Source: Octopus vulgaris (Eukaryota). From it: a DNA stretch of 64,000 nucleotides. Location of the stretch: positions 60,946,001 to 61,010,000 of the forward strand of contig OX597827.1 in assembly GCA_951406725.2 (NCBI GenBank), given 5' to 3'. The notes beneath the pieces were generated by a model. The model searched no databases. It saw nothing but the letters and a program-made list of their open reading frames with translations, and had not been told where the DNA came from. Below, piece by piece: positions 35,163 to 47,950 of this stretch; within the stretch, counting starts at the first letter, position 1; each line of letters opens with the position of its first letter. Position numbers and translations under genes: made by a program.

Positions 35163-38100
35163 CACACACACGAACAGGAACTTCAAATTCCCGCGGTGGC
35201 CAGACTAATGCTAGTTTACTGGTATCTTTATCAGACTAGAACCTTGCAAAGTACAGCATTAATAAACTTATATAATTCATACTAATGTACAGGAATCTGT
35301 GCTTCATTTAAATCATTTATGTGAATTTAATATTTGTTTAATTTAAAGTATATTGACCAAGATGACCACCACTCCTGATTCGGAAAAAAATCAGTAATCC
35401 GGAAAGTCTTTGGAACTAAAGGCTCCGGAAAATTGATGTTGTGTCTCTACAAATGGTAACAATCTTACAGGTCTATGGGAGCCTTCAAGTAAATAAATGA
35501 TCCTCTTTATAGAAAGATGTAAAATAGCACAAATGGTTTTCCATACATAAACTTCACTGGATTGCAATTTCCGTCGTTATTTTCTGCACCAAAAACTGCA
35601 AAAAGGCCAATTTATTTTTATTGCCAACTGGCATAGTAAAATTGGAGAAGAAATCATCAAAATAACTTCTTGATATAAAATAATTAGGTCATTTTCAGAA
35701 AAGAAAGGTCTTAAATATAGGAGACATCGCTCTGCCAAGTGAACTACAAATATTAGATTATAAACCTACGACTTTTAATAGATATTTTAAGTTTGAAGAG
35801 GGAAGAATAAAAGAAATATATAAATAAAATAGCTTGAATTTTCGCAACGACGTAATAGTATGATCAAGGTATTGTAAACCATTCAGCAACTCGTTAATAA
35901 TGCCTTATTTGTTCGCTATTCTATTATTGTCACATTCTCTCTCTCTCTCCTCTCTTTCAATCTCCGCCTATAACCATACCTGTATATTTTTCTAATGCCT
36001 CCTCTCTCTCCAAAGAGCTATGCAGCGAGCTAGCCACGTACTCCTGGTATTTGAACAAAATGAGCTTAAAGAAATGACTCGATGTGGCCAGTGGCATGTT
36101 TATGAATAACAGACAAATATCGGCATGTTAAATACCTCACAGCAAAAATTTCTAAAATTATTTCCGCCTCGAGATAATGTGTCTTAATTACCAAATTGCA
36201 ATTAAGAATTTTCGTTGTGATGTATCTAACATACCGGTACTTATCTATGTTATTCAAATATATAGAGCACTGGCCACTTCGAATTATTTTTGTTTTGCTT
36301 CATTTTTGTTTAAATAATGCAAATTACTTAAGCCATTATTGCTTTCTCTTGTTTTGTATGAGTCTAAGTCCTTTGCCTACTGGAGATAAAATCGGGCAAC
36401 AGTCGTGCCAATGAAGGCTATTGAAGGAGAATACATGTCCACGACTGTTCTGTTATCTCCAAACAATAACCCTGTCCCTTTCCCCAAACGGCAAGTCACT
36501 TTTGGAGAACTCTTGAATCTGGGGATTATCTCCCCTCCTCAAATGAAGCCAGTCATAATTACCATTATGGTAATTATGATACATCCTCGTGAGGCGAAGA
36601 TAATTTTAATAAATCAGTAATTTTTGTTAAAGGCATTTAACATACCGATATTTGTCTAAGTACTTCATTGGCTTTGCTGTCCGTACGAGTCAACAATTTT
36701 GAATCCTGTTCTTCTTGTCATTGAATTGTGCTAACAGTTATGGAAGACGGTCTTTAAGAACAGAGGGGTTACATTAAGATCCGTCACGCAGAAATGGGAG
36801 CGAATTTTTTCCCTACGAGAGTTCCGGACCCCAGTAATGAACTCATTTGCCTACAGCCAATCAGAGCTCACCTTGAAAATCCACATATTTTAGTCGTTGG
36901 ACGGCAGCCATACTGAGGCACCAGCTTCAAGGATTTAGTCGAACAAATAAATTTCAGTATCTATTTTTGAAGTCTGTTACATTTTCGATCGGCCCCTTTG
37001 GCCGAACTTGTCAAACGAGCCAAGCACATACCGACACACACACACACTAAGGGTTTCCAGTTTCCGTCTACAAAATTCAATCTTAACGTGTTGGATGATA
37101 AAAAAAACAAAAACACTAACCTCCTTTTTCGTAATTGCTGGCCTTGTGCCAAGATTAGAAACCTATTATTTAATATGTTTCCTATTTAAAAGGTTGGGAG
37201 GCACTGACACGTAACGACAGGAGGTAAAAAACAAAATCTTTCATTATTGGAGAGTTAATAAAAAACACTTGGAAACGAACAAAAGAGGGTTTTTCCCTCT
37301 TCACAATCTACAGCTAACTCTCTTCGTGTAAAGAGAAAATAAAATAATTATTATAAATAAATATGCAAGTCATCACAGTAAGATAGTTACGAGAGAATTT
37401 GTGCGTGCGTATGTGTCAAAAAGAAAAAAAACAGCTGAAAAATAAATAGGACGAGAGAGAGAGAATGGTGATGGGCAAGTGTGTATGTGTGAAAACAAGA
37501 GAAAGTGAGTGAATGAATGAAATAAGAGAAGTAGGAGAGAAGGAATGCCATAGAAAAGCGATAACTTCAGTTGAGTGTTGATCAGCAAATTAATGGTATA
37601 AATTTGATTTTGGGAAAATAGAATACTTTATGCCTCTGACATAGCACGCTATCTTCAATATAAAGGATTAGCACTAACACAAGACTTTTGCCTTGATATC
37701 ACGAGATGATTGTAAATGAATAATGAATGTCATACACATTCATTTCTAGCCTTCTACGGAAAACATGCTTTGCCATGGGGAGAAATACAACCTTGATTAG
37801 TTAGGAACAGGTGAGGGTTGGCGTCATGAAGAGTGTAGAAAAATCTTCTCAACAGATTTCGTCTCATCCATTCAAGCATGGAAAATTTAGGCGTTAAACG
37901 ATGATGATGGGAATACACGAATGTCAAAGAGAAGTCCTTTACAATACATGGACTGATGCCGTGTTGCTGTTGTTGTTGTTAAGCAACAAGACGGGTAAGG
38001 GTGATTAGGTAATGGTCTAGGGCTTAGGGGCGGGAGACCCCAGATCTTGGGAAAAAAAACAAAAACTTTGGTCGTCTTGTAGTCGAGGGCTCTTCGTTGA

Positions 38101-38210
38101 CGCCCGACACCACTGGGAGGTGGCCCTCGAAGTCGCTGGAAATGGAGATCTCCAGGTCCAAATTCTTGAACGGCCGACTGACGCCGTGCGACAAGAAGCT
38201 TCTGATCTAA

Positions 38211-38244
38211 GGCAAACATGTTTGAGTTACCTTCGTCAGATGAC
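38211..38244 (-). ncRNA. Decayed hammerhead-like motif within a structured GC-rich repeat (~38060-38400)
   Basis: gtcat-CTGACGA-aggtaactc-AAAC-AT-GTT-tgcc; palindromic ACATGT; downstream hairpins ctggagat/atttccag and tcgagggc/gccctcga. Confidence 0.35.
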
Positions 38245-38514
38245 TTCAAAGCCAAGAAACACTATCTTACCAACATTGTTTATATTGTCCAAACGTTTTG
38301 ATCTTATTGGAGCTTATCTCCCTTGCTTGTCGTTACTAAACAAACCTCATAGGAGTCTTTTTGCCAACTAATTGCATGGATAATCTTCGATGATCGAGGC
38401 TTTTCAACTCGTTACACAGTACCGAACCAGCTATCCGGAAAGATTAGGGCCAGAAGTGTCCCGGATTTCTGGATTTGCCAGTTTTCTAGAGACAGTCTAA
38501 ATGTATACTAAAAA

Positions 38515-39078
38515 TCTATATATATAAAGCTGAAGTTGTCTGTGTGTGTGTGTGTGTGGCAGGTTTGGTAGCCTTCAACTAACACTATCTCCTCCAAGAC
38601 CCTGCGGCGCAAGTTGACCAAAATTGAGAGTATGATACAAGGAGGCTTGCTCTTCATTCCGTAGAAAAAAAAATTCAAATCGGATCATGCTAACACCAAA
38701 ACTTATTTACATCAAGAAGGTGCTTTTTTTCTATGAAAATCTCAATTTTTTAAGATTTTTTTACTGCTGTGTCGCCATTTTCTGTACATTAGAATGAATT
38801 ATATAAGTTTATTAATGCTGTACTTTGCTAAGTTCTAGTCTGATAAAGATACCAGTAAACTAGCATTAGTCTGGCCACCGCGGGAATTTGAAGTTCCTGC
38901 TCGTGTGTGTATATATATATAATATATATATATGACGAGCTTCTTTCAGGGTATTTCAACCAGAAAAATGTTCAATTAAAGAGAATAACAAGCTACATAA
39001 TGCAAAATTTTTACTTTTCAAAAATTCTAATTCTAAAGGGTCGAAACAAACCCGAGCAACTCCGGGTGATACTGCTAG
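38515..39078 (+). mobile_element. Helitron family H2 carrying a 168-bp internal insertion
   Basis: A|TC...ccgggtgatactgCTAG|T; colinear with the 2611-3267 copies except 38782-38949. Confidence 0.8.
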
Positions 39079-39355
39079 TATGAAATAAACAATGAAAAGT
39101 ACAGAGCTAAATCGTATTTAACAGGTTAATACACTTTTAAAGCAGGGTATGTTAAATCCTTATAAAGAACAAAACTGGATACAATAGTTTGCACGGTATA
39201 AACACAGTATTCCCAGATGTCTGGAAGCCGGATAAGCGGTACGGTATGTACTACATTTCTGTTTCTACCTTATTAATTAGAATAAAATCAGTGGATCAGA
39301 TTAAATAATTAACTTGAAACACTAAGATAATGAGAGATAAAAAAAAAGTTAGAAT

Positions 39356-39765
39356 GCGCAGGAGTGGCTGTGTGGTAAGTAGCTTGCTAACCAACCACAT
39401 GGTTCTGGGTTCAATCCCACTGCGTGGCATCTTGGGCAAGTGTCTTCTGCTATAGCCCCGGGCCGACCAATGCCTTGTGAGTGGATTTGGTAGACGGAAA
39501 CTGAAAGAAGCCTGTCGTATATATGTATATATATGTATATGTATGTGTGTGTGTTTGTGTGTCTGTGTTTGTTCCCCTAGCATTGCTTGACAACCGATGC
39601 TGGTGTGTTTACGTCCCCGTCACTTAGCGGTTCGGCAAAAAGAGACCGATAGAATAAGTACTGGGTTTACAAAAAGAATAAGTCCCGGGGTCGAGTTGCT
39701 CGGCTAAAGGCGGTGCTCCAGCATGGCCGCAGTCAAATGACTGAAACAAGTAAATGAGTAAAAGA
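39356..39765 (+). mobile_element. SINE family A
   Basis: Full-length match. Confidence 0.9.
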
Positions 39766-41598
39766 GAGAGAATGCGTGCATACGCTTGTATGAGTGCGCG
39801 CGAATGGGCGCAAGCACATCTGAATGGGCGCGTGGGTACGTATGTGTCTTCGTATGTGTACGGCAGTGTGTGCGTGTGTGTGGTGCTTGTTTTTACACAC
39901 ACACACACTACGCGCGCGCGTGCCATTAAATACCAACCATTACATTCAATTTTGTATGGTTATTTAGGTATGCAAGAAGCGCGAACGTAAGCAGACAGTC
40001 AGACGGAGAGGTTGTAAAAAAAGAACGAAACGAAGCTGTTGTTAGTGTTTGCCAAAGTCTTGCAAGATTTATGAATTATTGTCTATGAGAACAATTACCA
40101 AATTGCTACAATCTTAGAGATAAAAGATTATATGTGTGAGTACGTGAGTGTGTTATACACACATGAGGTGAGTGAATAACATAACCACGTATACACACAC
40201 ACATAAAAAAAAATGTACACGTTGCCCTCTCACGTAAATAATATCTGCAATACATTCGTTCCTCACCTACCTACTGAAGTTGTAATTTGAGAGCCAAGTT
40301 TTATCGGTAGCAAACAATCTACCTGAGAAATTAAGTAAAGAGAGATATATTCAATTAGTATCAGCCAAGAATGAAAATCCACCTCTCATATCTAGACACA
40401 AATACCAATACGTAGGATGTTGGACAAAAAAAAATCTACCATTGATTCTGTATTAGTTTAAGACCTGATTTATGTGAGAGAAAGAACGAGACAGACAGAC
40501 AGATAGATAAATAAATATACAGACAGACAGATAGATAGAAAGATAGATAGCGGGGGAAGAGATTGTGGATGTTAACATAAACGAAACGATTATTTCCCTC
40601 CACATAAATCTTTTATCATTATCTTGTTTCAGCCATTGAAACGCAGTCATGGTGGAGCACCACCTTGAGGGGTTAGAACGAACAAATCGACCATTACTTT
40701 TTCTCAAAGTCTGGTACTTAGTCTGTCGATCATCTTTGTCGAAACGTTAAGTGTACCTACACACGCGCTCGCTCGCATCTATCTACACATGGATGTGTAC
40801 GAAGAAGGTCTATGGTTAGAACAGTTCGTAATATTCCAGGTGATTTGGGATAAACACTGTTTTAAATTAATTTCGATTAATTATTTATCCTAATTACGTC
40901 ATAGAATTAATTATGTTTATTCCTGATGAAACAGCTATTGAAAGTAATTATGAACTGCCAGAGAAATTTATGCTTTTTCTTTCGCATTTTATTCCAAAAT
41001 TAAAAACATTTTATTTACAGACAGATATTACTTCATTGGTGTGGTACGGTCGTAGAATGTTTAGTCGAACAAACCGCCCCTAGTACTAACTTTCAAAGTC
41101 CGGTACTAATTCTATCGATCTCTTTTGCCGAACTGCTAGCTTACGGGTACGTAAACAAGCAAACGCCTGTTTTCAAGCAGTGCAGAATGAGGTGAACAAC
41201 ACAAAAACACATACACAGGATATATATTAGGCCAAAAGTTGGTCGTCTGTGTGGATTTGTCAGGAGCTACAACATTGCTAGATGACCAAGACAATCAGTG
41301 GAACAAAAATGTGCATTCTAAAAATGTTTAGAGGGGGGCATGAGCAATTTTGAAACGAAGATTTCTTTGGGAACCATCAAGGACGATTTATATAGTTCAT
41401 CTCCCAAACCCTCCTTCATCGGCAAACTTTCGGGTCGAAAATGTCCAAGATAATGTCCAAGACTGACTGGCTTGATTGCGCTACTAATAAGCCATGTTAA
41501 TTCAAAATAAATTTTAGCTATACAGATATAGTATGCAATAATACAAAATAACAAAAAAACTAATTTCCACCAACTAATGAAAACAGAAAGTATTTCTT

Positions 41599-41773
41599 CT
41601 ATTCTGTAGCCTTATAAAGAAGAGCAGGTATTGCGTCAGAGACGAATTCAGCGGCCAACATGTCTGTGGAAGTAGGAGGATTGGCGCCTGTGACCTTTGC
41701 AGGCCTTTGTGATATCAGTGCGGTTGATGTGCAGCTTGTACAATTATAGGTTGACGTTAGTGGGTGGGAGGAC
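41599..41773 (-). other. Candidate terminal exon
   Basis: Acceptor tgtgttttgatcag|G; non-repetitive, GC-elevated; open frame SSHPLTSTYNC...LLYKATE*; phase-compatible with the 43672 donor. Confidence 0.25.
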
Positions 41774-42029
41774 CTGATCAAAACACATATATATGCATAC
41801 AAATATGCGCATACATTTATTTATACATACAATAACTAGCACACTTATCGCGAATATAGGAGGTGTGGGTTCGAATCCCATGCGTACGAAAAGCCTACTT
41901 TTTCTCCGTCAAGGGCTTATATGACCCAATATTAGACTATTTTCGTTCATCAATACACGGTGATCGCTTATAAGCATTAAGCTTATAAGAATACTATTAT
42001 TTACAGAATTGTCACTCGTATCCGCATCT

Positions 42030-42430
42030 CATATTATCACATATACACATATATAATAAGTAACTAAGATTCAGTTAAATTAAATACTTAAGTTGAAGCA
42101 CCAAGTCAGTCCGGTATTATCCGCACAGCTCGAAGTAAGGTGAATAAAATCAAAATAAGTAACAGAATATCAAGTAGTAATGTAGTTTTGTTCTTAGATA
42201 TCCTTGCTACAACAGTGACACCATGAAATTCTTCCATCCTCTTACTCTGTTAAAATATTTGAGAAAAATTATATTAATACATCCTGTCTGTTAAAAACCC
42301 ATATTTGTGCAGCTGAAGATAGCGCTGTATTTAAATTGATGTAATGATTGCATTGTTCAATTAAATGGAGCCGCTTGAAACGGTCGTACTGCATTACTAC
42401 TTGACATTCTGTTACTTATTTTGATTTTGA
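42030..42430. mobile_element. Penelope-type pLTR with partial inverted copy and HHR-like motif
   Basis: ~40-bp inverted repeat (~42148-42188 vs ~42388-42428); + strand CTGAAGA (42313-42319), long stem AGCG..TTTAAATTGA/TCAATTAAA..CGCT, then GAAACGGTC (42377-42385). Confidence 0.55.
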
Positions 42431-42739
42431 TTATATATATATATAGTTTATCTTTATGTGTAAAAACAAATCTGCTGCTACTAAGCTTAGAGCTCCACGT
42501 AGATTATCATCATCCAGTTTGCTTTAAGTACAATGGAATAAGCAACTACTATATTTAGTAGTATTACTAGTTACGATATACAGAGCAGATGTACGAAACA
42601 TTACGATAAACACAAGTTTATATAATGATTCTACGTAGGTTTCATCGTTTTGGTTGTTTGAAATTCCGTATTGGATGTTCCAAATGAAATTGTATGCTTA
42701 ACCTCAACGGATCATCAAGGAAATCTTTACTACCCAGCT

Positions 42740-42890
42740 CTTAATAAACACACGTCCGCAGAAAAAGTCTCCGCCATTCGCTACGCTGTCCGAATTGCCT
42801 TCCCCCCATCACACATGCTTTCTATGAGGACTTTACACGATCTTTAAATCGCAGTTTTGGATTCTGTGGGCCGCTTTCCACAGACAAATA
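42740..42890 (-). mobile_element. RTE LINE ORF C-terminal remnant
   Basis: GKRP../NPKLRFKDRVKSS*KAC...QRSEWRRL. Confidence 0.65.
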
Positions 42891-43671
42891 CGTATACGCA
42901 CAAATAAATACATTACACACAAACACAGAGTCTGATATCTTTTATACAACAAAGGTTATTCATGTTTGTTATACAATCTATGAAGATTTTACGTTATCTC
43001 TTTCTAATCTATTACCAAACACAATATTTGTTAATGAAATGAGATGTATTGAATAAACGTAAAAAAAAAAAAAAGTTATCTCCACAATTGTTTTATTCTT
43101 GTATTACATGTTCAGGATACATGAATGGAACTACAGAAACAACATGGAATAAATCATTTACTCCACGATCTTTTGAAATATAACAGAACGCATGGGTTCC
43201 AAACATTGATTATATCTCATAAACAATAAACCACAAAACACTATCTATCTAAACACTATCTATCTATCATACATCTTTTACTTGTTTTAGTCATCAGACT
43301 GCGGACATGCTGGAGCACCGCATTGAACAACCTTTAATCGAATGAATTGATTCCGGTACTTTTATTCAAGCCTATTATTCTATCGGTTTCTTTGGCTGAA
43401 TTGCTAAGTTACGGCGGACGTAAACACACTGGTTGTCAGGCGGTGGTCAGGGACAAAGACACAAACGTAAATATATACATGCGCGTACATTTATAGATGT
43501 ATACAGGTGTGTATGTGTGTGTGTAGGAGAGAGTGAAACAGAGAGTTTGTGTGTAAATGTATCTTATGCATATAATATCCATGACTACGTTATCCAATAT
43601 GTTCTTCATTTAAAATATCACGATGTAATTTGGCTGTTATTTCTTCACCGCAGTTGCTCCATCGATGATAC

Positions 43672-43786
43672 CTGATTGCAGGTGTTGGTGAATCTTCGAC
43701 ATTCAAACTGGATGCCCATTTCGGAGAATGTGATTTAAGAAGCTGGTGTGTATAATAAGCACCAAACCAGTTATGTGAGTAGTACT
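43672..43786 (-). other. Candidate internal exon
   Basis: Donor ATCAG|gtatca; open frame YYSHNWFGAYY...DSPTPAIR; acceptor weak. Confidence 0.2.
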
Positions 43787-45819
43787 CTAGTTTAGTACAC
43801 TTGGCATGAAGTTTCGGCAATATTTACAAATGTGTATATAGTTACAAAGAACGATACCATCAAAACTTGAGCGGTCTCCAGCTTTTCAATTTTTAACTGT
43901 CACTCATAAATAGAAACTTGGGATCTTTTCTTTTTGAACGGCATATGTCACCACAATTTCTAGTTAACTAAACACTTTTAAACTTCGTATACTGGTAGAA
44001 TGTGTTTATAAAACATCATTTTTTCTTGGCTTTATTGAGAAAATTCTATAGTTTGTAATATATTTCCACTTTAATTTCGAGCATTTCGGCAATTTTAACC
44101 AATCGCTGACCTCCATTTAGGTAAACAACATTCCGTGCTGTATGAATATGTCCCTCCTTTAAGAAACAGATTGGGTTTATTTACATTTACGAAGAAAAAA
44201 AGATACCGTTTCGTACGTGTGTATAGTTGGTTTGTTTGTACGCAGCGCCTGCTCACTCATAGAACAATAGTTTAGAAGCAGGCTATACCAAAAATAAGCT
44301 CAATAGGTAGTTTACTCAGCAAGCAACAGTAATTTTTCCTGCGTCCATTTTTCTGGACGCTATGCATTAATGGGTTAAAGTCAAACAATTCGACCACCAG
44401 TACTTATTCTTTTTTAAGCCTGCTCCTCATTCTATTCGTCTCTATTGACGAATCGCTAATTTACGGGGATGCAAATAAACCAACACCGGTTGTCAAGCGG
44501 TGGAGGGGGTACACACACACGATGGGATACCGCACTGTTTCATATTTCTTTATTGCCCACAAGAGGTTAAATATAGAGGGGACAAACAAGGACAGACAAA
44601 GGGGTTAAGTCGATTACATCGACCCCAGTGCGTAACTGGTACTTAATTTATCGACCCCGAAAGGATGAAAGGCAAAGTAGACCTCGGCGGAATTTGAACT
44701 CAGAACGTAACAGCAGACGAAACACTGATAAGCATTTTGCCCGGCGTGCTAACGTTTCTGCCAGCTCGCCGCCTTATTTCACTGTTTCAGTCTACCAAGG
44801 TATTGGTCACTCCGGAGATATAGTAAAAGACACTTGTCCAAAGTGCCGCACAGCGGGATTGAAACCGAAACCAAAAAGTTGCAAAGCGAGCTTCTTAAAC
44901 ACACCCCCATTATATATAACCAACGTAACTTACAAACACTGCGGTTTCTAGCTACATCCGAGCTGACTTTATCTTCCTTTCTTTCAGATTCAGTGAATTT
45001 AATCTAATTTATTCTCCTCCGTATACATGTGTGCTCTTAACACCAATGCTGCTACGGCATCTAGAAAAATTTTCTAGGTGGCAGAGCAGGTGTGGTGGCC
45101 ATTTGGCAGTTCTTTATGGCGAAGCCGCAGTCCTGCATCAAGTGAAGACCAAGTTTAGGCACCTAACGTCCGAAATGTTATCAGGCATTCATATCTCTAT
45201 CAGTTGGACAGTTTAGCTACTGTATCTTCAACTTCAAAAGTATTCAAAATGCCTCCAGAAAATTCACCATATACCTATAAAAGTATGCTAAAATGGTTCA
45301 TTTTCGACCAGATATCGACATTGGGAGAATTTCTTCTAGATTTACAAAGCATTGTCTTTAACATGAAACTTTCTCAAGTTCCGTTTGGAGAAAAATTACA
45401 AGAATGGAGGAGTTAACATGCAGTTTACCATCGTAAAAAAAAAAAGTGAGAGTAAATTGTCCTAAAAAATGAATGTAAATTGAAATATTGGATAAATCGG
45501 AAATGACGATAGTGACACGTCAAAATTTCATGTATGCCTAGCAATGAACGTTACTGAAAAGGCAATTCGGTGGCTTGCATGTCAACACATGATAGCCAAC
45601 ACAGATACGTATGTGGGAATTGCAATAATTCCGCACGGTTAATGAACTGTAGAGAGAAAAAAAAATCAACAGGAAACGGTGGAGTTGTTTCTGTGAATTC
45701 ACTTGATCTATATGAATTATACATTTTTTGTTTTGTTTTTTGTTTTTTTTTGAGAAGAGAAATCTGACTACCAATAATAATTCAACTAATGTGCATGTGT
45801 GTAAGAGACTATCCGTAGA

Positions 45820-46566
45820 ACGAAATTAGATTTTTGAACGAAAAGTGAGTAAATAATACAGCGACTGATTGGTGCAATTTCCCGAGAGATGTATGTGAGC
45901 AACACGGCATTCTTTCGAAAGAATGCCAGCAGCACTTGGAAGCTCAGCTCATCCACAGCAATTCAGTGGATTGGATGGTGCAGGAAACCCTACAACTGGA
46001 AATAGACAAATCCAAATATATGCATCGGAAATATCACTGAAGAGAGTGACATGAAGGGCATTTGGTGTTCTATGGATTGGTTATGTCACGTAATATTGTT
46101 TATATTAACTTTGGGTTATCAGTCATCACTTTCGGTTTCTGTCACAATTACATTTCACTTTCGGTTTCTGTTACAAGGTTATGTCACGTAATATTGTTTA
46201 CATTATCTTTGGGTTATCAATCATCACTTTCGGTTTCTGTCACAATTACATTTCAGTTTCAGTTTCTGTCACAATTACATTTCAGTTTCAGTTTCTGTCA
46301 GAATTACATTTCACTTTCGGTTTCTGTCACAATTACATTTCACTTTCGTTAGAACAATTTACTTTCGTTTCTCGAGGACAGTAAACTGCATGTAGATCGT
46401 AGGCGGTATTGCTTCCCAGTAAATTTGTTAGGTGAGTAAACCCAAGTGGGCGGGCCTAATGTCAGCATACAACCGCAGGCCAGAGAATAACAGCTAGAAG
46501 AGAGGGGGAAAATACTTGATTGATGCTAGGTGACCGCCCCCTAATGGTGGAGGAGCTTTCCGTTCC
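45820..46566 (+). mobile_element. Merlin (IS1016-like) transposase remnant, 30-bp tandem repeats and probable right end
   Basis: NTATDWCNFPRDVC...HPQQFSGLDGAGNP..EIDKSKYMHRKYH*RE*HEGHLVF matches Merlin DW.NF.RDVC / VEIDESK..HRKY.RG....HWVFG; repeats ttcggtttctgtcacaattacatttcact at 46130-46350. Confidence 0.75.
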
Positions 46567-46839
46567 CATATTTTATTATCGTTTATTCGTTACTTTTTTC
46601 TTGTTTCCATGTAAAATCTCCACCCACTGTCCCTCAGGCCTTGGGATCCTTATGGGCAAATAATAAAATAAATTAATGCTATTATAATTAGTATTAGTTA
46701 CTGAGTTTGAAAGAAAGCTATTACATATACGAAACCATATTAATCATGTAATTATGAGGCGAACTGGTAGAATCGTTAATGCACCCGACAAAATGGAAGA
46801 CATTTGGAAGAAATGCACAGCGACTTTTCTTCCAAATTT

Positions 46840-47002
46840 AGGAATGGCTGTGTGGTAAGTAGCTTGCTTACCAACCACATGGTTCCGGGTTCAGTCCCAC
46901 TGCGTGGCACCATGGGCAAGTGTCTTCTACTATAGCCTCGGGCCGACCAAAGCCTTGTGAGTGGATTTGGTAGACGGAAACTGAAAGACCGTCTCTCTCT
47001 CA

Positions 47003-47065
<63 letters not shown>

Positions 47066-47950
47066 GTTTGTGTGTCTGTGTTTGTGTCCCCAACATCGCT
47101 TGACAACCGATACTTTGGGTCGACCAAAGCCTTGTGAGTGGATTTGGTAGACTTAAACTGAAAGACCGTCTCTCTCTCACTCACACACACATATATATAT
47201 ATATATGTGTTTGTGTGTCTGTGTTTGTGTCCCCAACATCGCTTGACAACCGATACTTTGGGTCGACCAAAGCCTTGTGAGTGGATTTGGTAGACGGAAA
47301 CTGAAAGACCGTCTCTCTCTCACTCACACACACATATATATATATATATGTTTGTGTGTCTGTGTTTGTGTCCCCAACATCGCTTGACAACCGATACTTT
47401 GGGTCGACCAAAGCCTTGTGAGTGGATTTGGTAGACTTAAACTGAAAGACCGTCTCTCTCTCACTCACACACACATATATATATGTTTGTGTGTCTGTGT
47501 TTGTGTCCCCAACATCGCTTGACAACCGATACTTTGGGTCGACCAAAGCCTTGTGAGTGGATTTGGTAGACGGAAACTGAAAGACCGTCTCTCTCTCACT
47601 CACACACACATATATATATATATGTTTGTGTGTCTGTGTTTGTGTCCCCAACATCGCTTGACAACCGATACTTTGGGTCGACCAAAGCCTTGTGAGTGGA
47701 TTTAGTAGACGGAAACTGAAAGAAGCCCGTCGTATATATTTATATATGTGTGTGTGTGTGTTTGTGTGTCTGTGTTTGTCTCTCCAACATCGCTTGACAA
47801 CCGATGCTGGTATGTTTACGTCCCCGTAACTTAGCGGTTCGGCAAGAGAGACCGATAGAATAAGTACTAAGCTTACAAAGAATAAGTCCTGGGGTCGATT
47901 TGCTCGACTAAGGCGGTGCTCCAGTATAGCCGCAGTCAAATTACTTAAAA
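46840..47950 (+). mobile_element. SINE family A with an internal ~140-bp segment tandemly amplified
   Basis: Unit starts at 46944, 47121, 47264, 47405, 47540 and 47679. Confidence 0.92.

Noticed and set aside
40921-40980. Hammerhead at CTGATGA 40923-40929
   Set aside because: Stem II and the GAAA/UH side are too degenerate to support
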